Shown one piece after another: positions 38,850 through 51,921 of a stretch of 64,000 bases of DNA. The notes beneath the pieces are model-generated. The model made no database searches. It was given only the letters and a program-made list of their open reading frames with translations, and was not told where the DNA came from. This DNA is from Narcine bancroftii (Eukaryota): the NCBI RefSeq assembly GCF_036971445.1, contig NC_091469.1:207824001-207888000 (forward strand), in the 5' to 3' direction. The position numbers and the translations under genes were made by a program. Positions within the stretch are counted from its first letter, which is position 1, and each line of letters opens with the position of its first letter.

Positions 38850-41800
38850 TACATAGAACAATACAGCACAGTACAGGCCCTTCGGCCTTCGATGTTGTGC
38901 CAACCCATATATTCCTTTCTAAAAAAGAGTACCAAACCCTCCTTATCCCATAACCCTCTATTTTTCTTTCATCCATGTGTCTGCTAAGAGTCTCTTAAAT
39001 GCCCCAAATGTTTCAGCATCCACCACCATACCTGGCAAGGCATTCCAGGCACCACAACTCTTATGAATAAAAATTCTACCCTTGATGTCTCCCCTAAACT
39101 TCCCTCCCTTCATTTTGTACATATTTCCTCTGGTATTTGCTGATCCACCTGATCTGTACTTATCATAATCTAGTAAACCTCTATCAAGTCTCCTCTCATC
39201 TTTCTATGTTCCAAAATGAAAAGTCCCAGCTCTGCTAACATCGCCTCATAAGACTTGATTCCCAATCCAGGAAACATCCTGGTAAATCTCCTGTGCACTC
39301 TCTCCATAGCTTCCACATCCTTCCTATAATGAGATGACCAGAACTGAGCACAATGCTCTAAATGGGGACTCACCAGAGATTTGTAGAGTTGCAACATGTC
39401 CTCTCTACTCCTGAATTCAATCCCCCTATTAATGGAGCCAAGCATCCCATGGGCCTTCTAAACTATCATATCAACCTGTGCGGTGACTTTGAGGGATATA
39501 TGGATTCGAACCCCAAGATCCCTCTGTTCATCCACACTCTTAAGTAACTGACCATTAACCCTATACTCAGCCTTCAGGTTTGTCCTTCCAAAATGCATCA
39601 CCTCTATCTGGCACTTTTCTGCCCAACTCTGCATCCTGTCTATATTCCTTTGTAACCTACAACAATCTCCAGCACCATCCACAACTCCTCCAACCTTTGT
39701 ATAATCCACAAAGTTACTGGCCCAATCTTCTGCCTCTTCATCCAGGTCATTCATAAAAAATCACAACAAGCAGGGGTCCCAGAACAGATCCCTGCAGAGC
39801 TCCACTAATCACTGACATCCAGGCAGAAAACTTTCCTTCTACCACTACTCTCTACTTTCCACATGCAAGCCAATTTTTTATCCACCCAGCCAAGGTTCCA
39901 TGGATCCCATGCCTCGTGACTTTCTGAACGAGTCTCTCATGGGGAACCTTCTCAAATGCCTTACTAAAATAGATATAGGCCACATCTACCACCCTACCCT
40001 CATCAATTTCTTACCTCCTAAAAAAGCTCAATTAGACTCGTGAGGCATGACCTTTCCTTCTTAAAGCCATGCTGACTATCCTTGAGTAGACTCTTTGGCT
40101 TGGCTTCGCGGACGAAGATTTATGGAGGGGGTAAAAAGTCCACGTCAGCTGCAGGCTCGTTTGTGGCTGACAAGTCCGATGCGGGACAGGCAGACACGAT
40201 TGCAGCGGTTGCAGGGGAAAATTGGTTGGTTGGGGTTGGGTGTTGGGTTTTTCCTCCTTTGCCTTTTGTCAGTGAGGTGGGCTCTGCGGTCTTCTTCAAA
40301 GGAGGTTGCTGCCCGCCAAACTGTGAGGCGCCAAGATGCACAGTTTGAGGCGTTATCAGCCCACTGGCGGTGGTCAATGTGGCAGGCACCAAGAGATTTC
40401 TTTAGGCAGTTCTTGTACCTTTTCTTTGGTGCACCTCTGTCACGGTGGCCAGTGGAGAGCTAGCCATATAACACGATCTTGGGAAGGCGATGGTCCTCCA
40501 TTCTGGAGACGTGACCCATCCAGCGCAGCTGGATCTTCAGCAGCGTGGACTCGATGCTGTCGACCTCTGCCATCTCGAGTACTTCGACGTTAGGGATGTA
40601 AGCGCTCCAATGGATGTTGAGGATGGAGCGGAGACAACGCTGGTGGAAGCGTTCTAGGAGCCGTAGGTGGTGCCGGTAGAGGACCCATGATTCGGAGCCG
40701 AACAGGAGTGTGGGTATGACAACGGCTCTGTATATGCTTATCTTTGTGAGGTTTTGCAGTTGGTTGTTTTTCCAGACTCTTTTGTGTAGTCTTCCAAAGG
40801 CGCTATTTGCCTTGGCGAGTCTGTTGTCTATCTCATTGTCGATCCTTGCATCTGATGAAATGGTGCAGCCGAGATAGGTAAACTGGTTGACCGTTTTGAG
40901 TTTTGTGTGCCCGATGGAGATGTGGGGGGGCTGGTAGTCATGGTGGTGAGCTGGCTGATGGAGGACCTCAGTTTTCTTCAGGCTGACTTCCAGGCCAAAC
41001 ATTTTGGCAGTTTCCGCAAAGCAGGACGTCAAGCGCTGAAGAGCTGGCTCTGAATGGGCAACTAAAGCGGCATCGTCTGCAAAGAGTAGTTCACGGACAA
41101 GTTTCTCTTGTGTCTTGGTGTGAGCTTGCAGGCGCCTCAGATTGAAGAGACTGCCATCCGTGCGGTACCGGATGTAAACAGCGTCTTCATTGTTGGGGTC
41201 TTTCATGGCTTGGTTCAGCATCATGCTGAAGAAGATTGAAAAGAGGGTTGGTGCGAGAACACAGCCTTGCTTCACGCCATTGTTAATGGAGAAGGGTTCA
41301 GAGAGCTCATTGCTGTATCTGACCCGACCTTGTTGGTTTTCGTGCAGTTGGATAATCATGTTGAGGAACTTTGGGGGACATCCGATGCGCTCTAGTATTT
41401 GCCAAAGCCCTTTCCTGCTCACGGTGTCGAAGGCTTTGGTGAGGTCAACAAAGGTGATGTAGAGTCCTTTGTTTTGTTCTCTGCACTTTTCTTGGAGCTG
41501 TCTGAGGGCAAAGACCATGTCAGTAGTTCCTCTGTTTGCGCGAAAGCCGCACTGTGATTCTGGGAGAATATTCTCGGCGACACTAGGTATTATTCTATTT
41601 AGTAGAATCCTAGCCTGAGGCAGTTTACCTTGGTCCCAACAAAGCTTGAAAAACTCATGCGCAAACTCCAGGAGATCCAAAATGAGTGGTGGACTAGCCT
41701 CGCCAAACGAACCCAGCTCAGCGCGGACATTGGCGACTTCAGGGGTTTCTACGAGGCTCTAAAGGCTGTGTACGGCCCCTCACCCCAAGTCCAAAGCCCG

Positions 41801-42655
41801 CTGCGCAGCTCAGACGGCAAAGTCCTCCTCAGCGACAAGATCTCCATCCTCAACCGATGGTCAGAACACTTCCAATCTCTTTTCAGTGCCAACCGCTCAG
41901 TCCAAGATTCCGCCCTGCTCCAGCTCCCTCAACAGCCCCTAAGGCTAGAGCTGGATGAGGTTCCCACCCTGGATGAGACATATAAGGCAATCGAACAACT
42001 GAAAAGTGGCAAAGCAGCAGGTATGGATGGAATCCCCCCAGAAGTCTGGAAGGCTGGCGGCAAAACTCTGCATGCCAAACTGCATGAGTTTTTCAAGCTT
42101 TCTTGTGAGTAGACTATATTTCTCCAAATGGCCATCAATCCTATCCTTAAGCATCCGCTCCAATAGTTTGCACACCACTGACGTAAGACTCACCAGTCTA
42201 AAAATTCCCAGGATTCTCCCCATTACCTTTTTTTAAACAAGGGGACTACATTTGCCATTCTCCAATCCTTGGGCACCTCCCCCTGTGGCCAAAGAGAACT
42301 TAAAGATCATAGCTTCTGCCCCAGCAAACTCTTCCCTCCCTTACCACAGCAGCCTGGGGTTTATCTTGCCTGACTCTGGGGACTTATCAAGCGTAATGAT
42401 TCCAAGTAGATCCAGCACTTCCTCTTCCTTAATCTCCACATTGTCCAACATACAGGCCTGTCCTATTCTGACCTCACCCTAATCAAGGTCCTTTTTTCTT
42501 GTGAATACTGAAGCAAAGTATTCATTTAGGACCTCCCTAACCTCCTCGATTTCCAGACACATTACCTCCATTATCCTTTAGCAGCCCCACCTTCAATCTC
42601 ATCATCCTTCTGTTCTTCACATACGCATAGAATGTCTTGGGGTTCTATTTAATCC
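38850..42655 (-). mobile_element. CR1 LINE interrupted by an RTE insertion
   Basis: RT and C-terminal motifs (YKSLVSPHLEHCAQFWS, NFVDYTKVGG, FRLVSLTSVVCKLLE). Sequence is continuous across the RTE TSD. Confidence 0.9.
40093..42105 (-). mobile_element. RTE-clade LINE, young, with 445-bp 5' inversion and an internal deletion
   Basis: TSD TGAGTAGACT at 40083-40092 and 42106-42115. RT ORF on the minus strand (LPESQCGFR, FVDLTKAFD, GVKQGC, LFADD) up to 41660; upstream ORF part on the plus strand at 41661-42105. Confidence 0.96.
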
Positions 42656-42824
42656 ACAAAACAGAAATGGTTTTTGACGTGCAGATGTTGTAATGAGCAT
42701 CTGAACAGCCTTAAAAGGCTGAATGGCTTCCTGCTGCACCTACTCTTTGAGGACAGAAAGTTCAGGCCTGAACCAAGTGGATAGGTTACCAAAAAAAGGG
42801 TGAGGGTAATCTTTGCACTTTACG

Positions 42825-43020
42825 TTCACACAGTTTATCACGTCTAGGTTCAAATCCGAAGCTGCCATTTCTACATTCTCCTCGTGTCTGCATGGGTTTT
42901 CTCCCCCTCAACCTTCAGAACATACCAGGGATGTAGGTCAATTGGGTGTAATTGGGCAGTATGGTCTCGTGAGCCAAAAGGGCTGTTACTGCGCTCTTTT
43001 GTCTAAATTTTTAAAAAATA
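42825..43020 (+). mobile_element. HE1/V-SINE-like SINE
   Basis: ggttcaaatcc B-box and family tail. Confidence 0.65.
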
Positions 43021-44559
43021 AAGACATAACTGTGTTTTTACTGAGCTGCAGGTGGTCAGTTTTGTCTTTGCTCCTGGCCAGGGTACCTGCTGCAAGGTGA
43101 CACATCTAACGATTGTACAATCTTTGCTCATTCTCTCTTGAATTGTGCATGTAGAGAAAACAATTCCAGCAGATTTTACAAATACATTTTCATTTGTCAG
43201 AGGTGTGGAGAATGAAAAAGGGGTAAGAGACAGAGGAGAAGCCAAGACAGAGCAAGAGCAGATGAGATGGGGATAGAGTGACAGAGCAAATGAGGCAGAG
43301 ACAACTGAGAAAAATCAAAAAGAGCAGATAATGAAGATAGAGAGAGAGAGGGAAATGCAAGACCAAACGAGCAGGAGCAACAATGGGTGCAAGGAGGTGG
43401 AAGGGAGGATTGTGTTATCCTCTCACTGTGAGCAAAGCCTCAGAGCCTGCCCAGCAGGAGGTGCATGTGGTGAAGAGGAGAGCAGCTGCTGACAGCACTC
43501 CGGCTAGAAGGTAAGTGTCCTGACAAAAGGTGAAGGAGAGTAAATAAAGGAGGAATGCTTGGAGTTGGCTCGGAATGCAAAGGACCTTCCTGTTCATCTG
43601 ACCATCGTGGCCCTGAGTCTCCCAAGGAAAGGCCAGGTTTCAGGGCTTCCAAGCTGCCTGTGCTCCGCAGTAGGGCTGAGAGGGCTGGATATTGGAGAGA
43701 AGGCTGGGTACCAGGCCAGGTACTGCATGTGTATCTAAGTCATTTGCTATAGAAATCAATTTACAATGAGCCAAACTACACTCACTTTGAACTCTAAAAT
43801 CTCTGCTTAACTTTATGCCACAATCCACAGAATCCTGGCACATTCCTGCCCCATCAAGTACCCAACCCCCACCCCCCAACACACACCACTCTGAGTGATC
43901 CTGAAAGCCTCGCAGTGCCAAACCCAAGGTGCAGAAGGTAAACATTATATCCCTTTCAAACCCCACGATTTTCCATCTCACAGATACATGCAAGCAGTTA
44001 AAAATACCCAGAGCACACACAGCCAGCAAAGCCTCACTAGCTTCACAAAGATATATTGAAGAGCTTGATGCCACTCTGTAAATTAGCCCAGGTATAAACT
44101 GTGTTGCAGAATCCCACGCCTCAACACGAACATTCAAACCCATTCACTTTCAATCTGTCACGACAACAAAATTCATTCCTTCCAATAGCACCATCAAACT
44201 GTTCATAGTCACCTTTCACAGCAAAAACATCCCAAAGTGTTTCACAGAATTGTTAAACTGGGGCTGAGTCACATAATGAGACACTATGGCAGATAACAAA
44301 CAAAATAAGAAAGAAGTGACTATATTGGAGGGAAATCCAGAGGTGAGGGTATTGTTAGCTGAAGGCATCTCTGCCAGTGGTGAGCCAATTAAAATTTGGA
44401 GGGTGGAAGCACTGCAGGCTAGAGAAAATGGGTGGAAAACGAATCTTAATCTGACAAAGATATATTCAACTTGTGTTCCCAATCATTCTTAATCACAGTC
44501 ATTGAAGCTGCTCTTAGATCTAATAAGTTATTATAAGTAATTGATATTAACCCACGCTG

Positions 44560-45690
44560 GGAGAACTGCAAATCTAAAAGTATATCAATAATATTTTTTC
44601 CAAGATTTGAGGAAAATTAGAAAGCTTAGACTGAACAAAATGTCTAACTTATAAATATCTAACAAAATGTCTATTGGGAAGATGAAATTTGGCTTTCAAT
44701 TGTTCAAAAGAAGCAAAATTTTGATTAATGACTTGATAAAATGAAATCCTCATTTTGTGCATGTCATTGTTCATTACAATTTAAGGTGGTGCATAGGTTA
44801 CATATGTCCAAAGTTAAATTATCCTGTTTTTACCTGCATGTTGATCCCTTATGTGGTAAGTGTAAAATCTTTGAAGCCTCATTGATTCATATGTTTTGGA
44901 AGTGCCCTAATTTAGAAACTTTTGGAAAGATATTTTTCAGTCTTTATCAAAGACACCCTCTCATTGCTTTGTTTTTTCTTTGAGAAGAGGATATACTCTT
45001 GATTTCAACCCAAGAGAGAATTGTAGCTTTTACCTCATTGATAGCTAGATGGGCAATTTTAATGAAATGGAAGGATGACTCATGCACAGTGGTTACATGA
45101 TGTCATGTCCTGTTTAAGCTTGGAGAAAATTAGATACAACATTGAATGGAGAAAGTTTCAATTTAACAAGATGAAGAGCCCATTCATAGATTACTACCAT
45201 GATTGGAAGATTTAAGAAGTCTGGATGCTCCGGCTATTCTCTGTCTAGTAGCTGAAGGCTGATATTCGATCCATATTTCTACAGTATGTACAAGGTAACC
45301 TTGATTAGAGGGAGGGGGTTGATTAGATTTAGCTTTGTTTAATTTTTTCTGTTTAACTTTTCAACAATGAGTTTAAATATGGTTCATAGATCATATCATT
45401 AAATTAGACAGAATTTACCCTTTGTTTAAATAAAGGGATTGCTTAATTTAGTCTTATTTTTTATCCAGTACTATAATGGATACAATATGATAAAGAGATA
45501 GACAGTTAATTCCATATTGATAGAATTTGATGTTATAAAGAAATAGTGTTAAATAAACAAATATGGACAGGTTTTCGATTTACATTTATATGAATTTGTA
45601 ATATGTCTATGAAATGACATCTTGTTTGTTATCTTAGATGATCTTGTATTTAGGATTTATATGTTAAACTCAATAAAAACATTTTTAAAA
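44560..45690 (+). mobile_element. L1/Tx1-clade LINE 3' fragment
   Basis: LQFKVVHRLH...CGKCK...LIHMFWKCP zinc knuckle; ends caataaaaacatttttaaaa. Confidence 0.8.
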
Positions 45691-46029
45691 GAATGAAAAA
45701 GATGGAAAGGTCGAGACTGCAGAGATGAATGAGGAATGAAATTTTAACATTGACGCATTGCTGAGATGGTATCCAGTGTAGGTCAACTAACACAAATGTG
45801 ACAGGTGAATGGAAGTAGGTGCGTAATGAGAGTTGGATATTTATAGGGGTTACAGCGATGTTGGCTCATCAGAAACATGTTAGAATAGACAAGTCCAAAT
45901 ACGATGAGGACCTACATGAGAGCATCAGCAGCTGATGAGTTTGGGCAAAGCCAGATTCCTTTGAAAGGTAGGAAGAGAATGATCTCTCTACCAAATATGG
46001 GTGAATGACAATGGATCCCGAACCCTATT

Positions 46030-46692
46030 GAGAATCAGTGACTGTGGAACCTATACCCCAGTGAGGGTCAGTGTGTGTAGACCCTGTACCCAGTGAGGGT
46101 CAGTGTGTGTGGACCCTGTACCCCGGTGAGGGTCAGTGTGTGTGGAACACCTAACCCAGTGAGAGTCAGTGTGGGTGGAAACCGTATCCCAGTGAAGGTC
46201 AGTGTGTGTGGAACCTGCACCCAAGTGAGGGTCAGTGTGTGTGTGGAAGCTGTACCCCAGTGAGAGTCAGTGTGTGGGGAACCTGTGCCCAAGTGAGGGT
46301 TAGTGTGTTTGATACCTGTACCCCAGTGAGGGTCAGTGTGTGTGGAACCTGTACCCCAGTGAGGGTCAGTGTATGTGGAACCTGTTCTCCAATGAGGTTC
46401 AGTGTGTTTGGACCCTGCACCCCAGTGAGGGTCAGGTGTGTGGAACACCTACCCCAGTGAGAGTCAGTGTGGGTGGAAACCGTATCCCAGTGAGGGTCAG
46501 TGTATGTGGAACATGCACCCCAGTGAGGGTCAGTGTGTGGATCCTGCACCCCAGTGAGGGTCAGTGTGTGGATCCTGCACCCCAGTGAGGGTCAGTGTGT
46601 GGATCCTGCACCCCAGTGAGGGTCAGTGTGTGTGGCGCCTGTACCCAAGTGAGGGTCAGTGTGTGTGGAGCCTGTACCCAAGTGAGTGTCAG
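46030..46692 (+). repeat. 33/31-bp minisatellite array (same family)
   Basis: About 20 units. Confidence 0.95.
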
Positions 46693-47295
46693 TTCTATTA
46701 GTGAAGAAGGTGGGAATGAAATTAACATTCAAAACTTTAAATTCACATATTTTCTAGTATTGCCTGTGATTCTCCAGATCTTTCAGCGCATTTAGATCCT
46801 ATCCCTACTCCAACCTTTGCCCCAGGCTCTTCTCCTGCCACATTTGGAGCCCTGCAACCAGATCAGGCACAGGGCCCAGGCCTTGCTCCAGCCCCAGACC
46901 CAGGTGCCGATTCCGGCCCAGGCTTGAAGCACAGCTCAGCTGCAGCCCTTTACTCCTGCTTCAAGTTTGGAGGATGCTGTTATTGCTGGAATGTCACAGT
47001 GCATTTCTGAAGTAGGGTCAGGCTGATGATTCAACGGAAACTAGCCTCACAAGAGGAATTACATTTAGCAACTTAAAAGGAAGCAAAAAGAAAACCGCAG
47101 ACAACAGTGTCTGGGACAGATGGCTCTGCGACCTCCGATCCTACTCTGAATGTTAAGCTTGACACTTGATTTCTCCTGCTCCCAGATTGTCCTGACTGCC
47201 ATCTGTCACGCACAAGCCCCACTGGAGAGGAATGTGAGGATTCAAACCACAGAAAAGATGTCCAATCCTGCTGATGGATGTCCTCAGAAACTTAA

Positions 47296-47457
47296 NNNNN
47301 NNNNNNNNNNNNNNNNNNNNNNNNNNNNNNNNNNNNNNNNNNNNNNNNNNNNNNNNNNNNNNNNNNNNNNNNNNNNNNNNNNNNNNNNNNNNNNNNNNNN
47401 NNNNNNNNNNNNNNNNNNNNNNNNNNNNNNNNNNNNNNNNNNNNNNNNNNNNNNNNN
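47296..47457. other. Assembly gap (N run)
   Basis: Direct reading. Confidence 1.
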
Positions 47458-49054
47458 TATTCATTTTTCCCTTCACTCTTTCTCCCTCTCCCTCCCGTCT
47501 CTCTCCCTCTCCTATTGCACCTTTTCCATCTCTTCCCCCTCCCCTTTTGTCCTTCATGTTCACCCTTTGCCAACCCCCTCCCCTCTCTCACTCCATCTTT
47601 CTCCATTACTCTGACTGTCTTACTGTCTCCCAGATTCCGCACTGGTGAACAAACAGCAGCAGTGAGGCAGCACTCCGAGAGATTCACTCAGAGCTTCCCA
47701 GCATGTAAACTTAACTCAGAACTTCAGAGGAGGTCATAATTTGACACAACTTTGCCACAACCCCTACATACTTCCTTCCAAATCCCACTTGAGACTTGTT
47801 CCCTCCACCCAGGCTTTTCAAAGCTAGGCATTTCAAAGCTAATCGCAGGCCTGTTGTAATGTTTACACAAGTAACCAACAGTAGCACCCCTCCCCCACCT
47901 CTCCTTTGTGTGCTCTCTCTCTCTCTCTGAGGTAGACTTCCTCAATGAAGTTTATGTCTATTATCATTGGAAGTTTAATCAGGTGGAAACGTTTCAGATT
48001 CCTCAAAAGGAAAGAGGCAGCCAGGCAGCAGGTGATGTGAAACACCTGCCCCCAGACAAGGAACCATCAAGGCCCCTAAGCGCCTGGAGTTCTGCTAACT
48101 GCCAATCGATGTAAAACAAGAAAATCTGCAGATGGCGGGATCGAGTGCAATACGCAAGAGCCTTGGAGAAAATCAGCAGGTCACACAGCATCCGTAGGAC
48201 GTAAAGGGTAACCAAAATTTCGGGCCTGGGCCTGTCGGCATCTACCTTTTTTGCTTGACTTGTGATGAAGTGCTCATGCCCGATTCATTAGTTACATTTT
48301 ACTGCCTGTGGATGCTGCGTGACCTGCTGAGTTTCTCCAGAACGTTTGTGGTTTTGCCTTTGGATGTACTAGCTAACTTCCCTGCGCCCCTTAAAATTAA
48401 CTCATCTTCCTCACTTCTGTCTTCCTTGTGATCACTAACCACAGGCAGAGAATTCACGTCCCCATGACCACTATCCCCAAGATTCAAGCCCAGTGCAATG
48501 GGCCCAATTACCTTACACCCTGAAATAAACTGACCATAAATCATCAAAATTTTAAACACAAAAGGAGACCATTTGGCCCATCGTATCCCTGCTGGTCAAA
48601 ATAGTGCTCCCCTGCCCAATCCCACCTTACAGCACGAGGTCCATTGCCAAAATGTTAGAATCCCTGAAGTGACAAGTGCTTCTCCCTATACCACCACCAT
48701 GCATTGTTTCGTTCCAGACCTTCACCAACCTCTGGGTGAAAAAATTATGAGAACGCGTGATTCCATTCTGCGGCTTTGGTTTGAGAACTGCATTACAGAA
48801 GGGTTCAAAAGCTGCCAGTTTTAAAGGAATAATATTTCCACTGGGTCTGCTGTCCAGCATGGATGTAAAGCAGAAAGAGCAGAAGAAATCCCAGCTCACT
48901 CCCACACCCTCTCTCCTTCTGCAGAGAAACGGCAGCGTGGGAAAACGTATGGCCGTGCATAGATTTAAGGTAGCTCCACTGGAGGGAGGGTGAGTTAACT
49001 CAGTCTGGAGCATGAATCATTATCTTCCAAATGAGCTTCCCCAAGATCTTTCTT

Positions 49055-49640
49055 AAGGAGCAGAAGCAGGCCAATCGGCCCATCGAGTCCACTCCACCAT
49101 CCTATTGTGAGCTGATCCATCCACCCATTCAGCCCTACTCCCCGACCTTCTCTCTGTAACCTCTGGTGCCCTGACTAATCAAATACTTGTCAAATACACC
49201 CAATGGCTTCACTTCCACAGCTGCCTGTGGCAACACATTTCAGAGACTCACAACCCTGTGGCAAAAGAATTTTTTCCACATCTCTGTTTTAAATTGATGC
49301 CCTTTTATCCTGAGGTTGTGCCCTCTTGTTCTCGACTCCCCTACCATGGGAAACATCCTTGCCACATTTACTCTGTCCAGGCCTTTCAGCATTGGAAAGG
49401 CCTCATCCTTCTGTACTTCAACGAGTACAGTCCAAGAGCCAACAATTGTTCCTCGTATTCTAACCCTTTCATTCCTGGTATCATTCTACTAAATCTTCTC
49501 TGAACTCTCTCCAACACCAGCACATCTTTTCTCAAATACGATGCCCAAAACTGTACATGTGAGGTCTCATCAATGCTTCTACGCTATCTCTCTAGAAATG
49601 AGTGTCCCCATTGCATTCACCTTCTTCACCACTGATAGTC
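49055..49640 (-). mobile_element. CR1 3' fragment
   Basis: Reverse-complement homologue of 7343-7725. Confidence 0.75.
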
Positions 49641-50584
49641 CTGGCTAGGATGAAGACAGAACTTTGCACCATACCCAACCGATGCTCTAACAGCCCTGGG
49701 AATGCTCAGCTGGTCTGGACTGCAGTTCATTTGCAGCACATTCAACGCGTAACATACCTAGCCATGGGGGGGGGGGGGAACGGACACCTGATGATTAAGT
49801 AGAGGAACTTTGCACACTACCCCAGGGAGCCTTGATGGGACAGGAAGGGGAAGCTTGACCATGTCTGATGTACACCTGCATTTGTCTACTTCAAAAGACA
49901 TTGTACCAGCCTGTCTGCACATTTTAATTTACTTGCATCGGGAGGCATCATTGCCAAGGGCACTGCATAAATGAAGAGGCTTTCACAATGTAGTCGAGCA
50001 CCAAGTTCCAGGATTAAAATGGTGACATATTTGCTGGTCAAGTTGGTGATTGGCTTGCAAGGAAATTTGAAGGTGGTGGTGTTCCCATGCTCCTACTTGT
50101 CTTGTACTTGGTGGGAGAGGGGGTGGATGCGTGAGCTGCTGCAGGGTATCGTTGACAAGCTACTGCTGCCATTTGCATTCTTGTCTAACAGTGCGGCCAG
50201 TAAGTGCTAGTGTTGGGAGGAAGTAAAGAAGTAGGGTGGTGGAGGTCAATCAAGCATTTTGCTTTGTGTTGAATTCCTCAAGTTGCCCTCATGCAAACAA
50301 GTGAAAAATGCTCCATTCTAACCCGCACACGTCTCCTGCATGAGAAAAAGACTTTGGGATATACAGAGGCATGTCACTCACATCACCACCTCTTGGCCAG
50401 GGTCTTCTGTGGACATTGTGGGATTCAAAATGTCACTGGCAATAAATGCCATTAGTAAATATATATTTTAATTTCTACTGGAGATTATCTGATACTTGTG
50501 TGTTGTGAATGTACTAAAAACACACAGCGTTCATAAGCAGTAAAGATGTATACCTATGTTTTGGGCGTGAGCCCTCTTTCAAGG

Positions 50585-51090
50585 TACAGACCCCGCTTTA
50601 TGAATACTTGCTCTACAAAAATTCACTTTTACAAAAAATCCTTTTACGAAAGGATTTGAATGGATTTTCACTTTAATTAAAATAGCCTCCAATAGCTGTG
50701 CCGCCTCGCATGAATGTACTGCCGCTGAAGGCGGCTGGATAGGGGCGGGCTGATGACGTCATGGTGATGACATCAGCCTGCGACCCATCTCACTCACCCT
50801 TCTCCCTTCATGACCCCCTCAGGGCAGGGGTGGCCAGCGGGGGGCCTTCAGGGCAGGGATGGCCGATGGCCACCTACCCTACCCATAAGCCCCCACAGCT
50901 GGAGCCGTTCTGGGAAACGCAGAGCAGTTCCAGCTATGTTGGCCATTGCTTGGCGCATATATATGGCACCATAGCCATACCTCCTAAAAGCCGGCTCCAG
51001 GCTGAAAGGGGACGTTGGAGCAGGTTTTCGTGGACCTGCATGAAAAGGTAAGAAATACCTTTCCATTCAGCTATTAGCCAGCCTCCACAA
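50585..51090. mobile_element. Possible Tigger/TcMar-derived DNA element fragment
   Basis: tacagaccccgctttatgaa terminus with repeated ttttac(g/a)aaa motifs and a GC-rich interior; other end not found. Confidence 0.3.
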
Positions 51091-51271
51091 CTATGAAAAG
51101 GCCTTTAGACAGAGCTGGGGGAAAAAACACAGGGTAAGGGGGGGGGTGGGTGTATGGGTGGTTAAGTTACTTGTAACAAGCTCATGACTAAATGTTTGAT
51201 ATTTTTCAGCTTCAATCTCTGGAGAAGAATGAAGCAAATATTTTTTTTTTCCCTGACTTGCAAACGTTAAT

Positions 51272-51470
51272 AAAGGGAGTTTTACTTTGCATCTAATCCA
51301 TGTTGTACTCTCCTGGGAGTGTTGGACGGGGCAACGTGGAAGGAATTTTACTCTGTATTGAACCTCTATCATATCTATCCTGGGACAGGATAGTGTAAAG
51401 ATAGTTTAAATCTGTACCTGGGAGTGTTTAGATCTTTGTGGAGAGTGCTTTAATCTGTATCAATCCCATT
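51272..51470. repeat. Degenerate satellite, about 66 bp (agggagttttact...cctgggagtgtt)
   Basis: Three decayed units; resembles a satellite common in chondrichthyan assemblies (from memory). Confidence 0.55.
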
Positions 51471-51921
51471 CTGCATGCACACCAAAAATATACTTAGAGG
51501 TGCCTCAGTCAGAGTTTCACCTCCTCTGTATTGCTCTGCGGCAAAGAAACAACCCATCCCTTACTTGCGTCTCTCCCACTCGTGACAGCCCCAAAACATA
51601 ACCCATCCTTTGAGTTGAAATCCAAATCTCTATGGACACTCTGTTCTTGGGCTCAGTGATTACAACAGAGGAACAGGGAACTGACAACACTAATGTATTG
51701 GCAAGAAACAAGAAACAAAAATCAAGCAACTGTTATCTAAAAGAGGAAGAGAAGGATGGAGAATGGCAAGTTCCCTTATTCAAGGTTGGGACTCAGAGTT
51801 CAGAGAAAGAGCACAGGAAAACTCATTAAATCAGAGGTATCAATCCCATAATTGGGTGCTCAATACAACTAGGCAGCAAAGAGTATACCAATCACCCACT
51901 GTTATTTCTCAGGGAGAGATT

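Noticed and set aside
40460-41680. 406-aa RT ORF as a domesticated gene
   Set aside because: It begins across the inversion junction, has a deletion and a premature stop, and lies within a TSD-flanked insertion.
43430-43520. Plus-strand AAG|GTAAGT donor suggesting an antisense exon
   Set aside because: Isolated motif with no convincing acceptor, partner exons or coding signal.
50735-50780. GC box and TGACGTCA (CRE) palindrome
   Set aside because: Appears to lie inside a transposon-derived segment, with no independent support.
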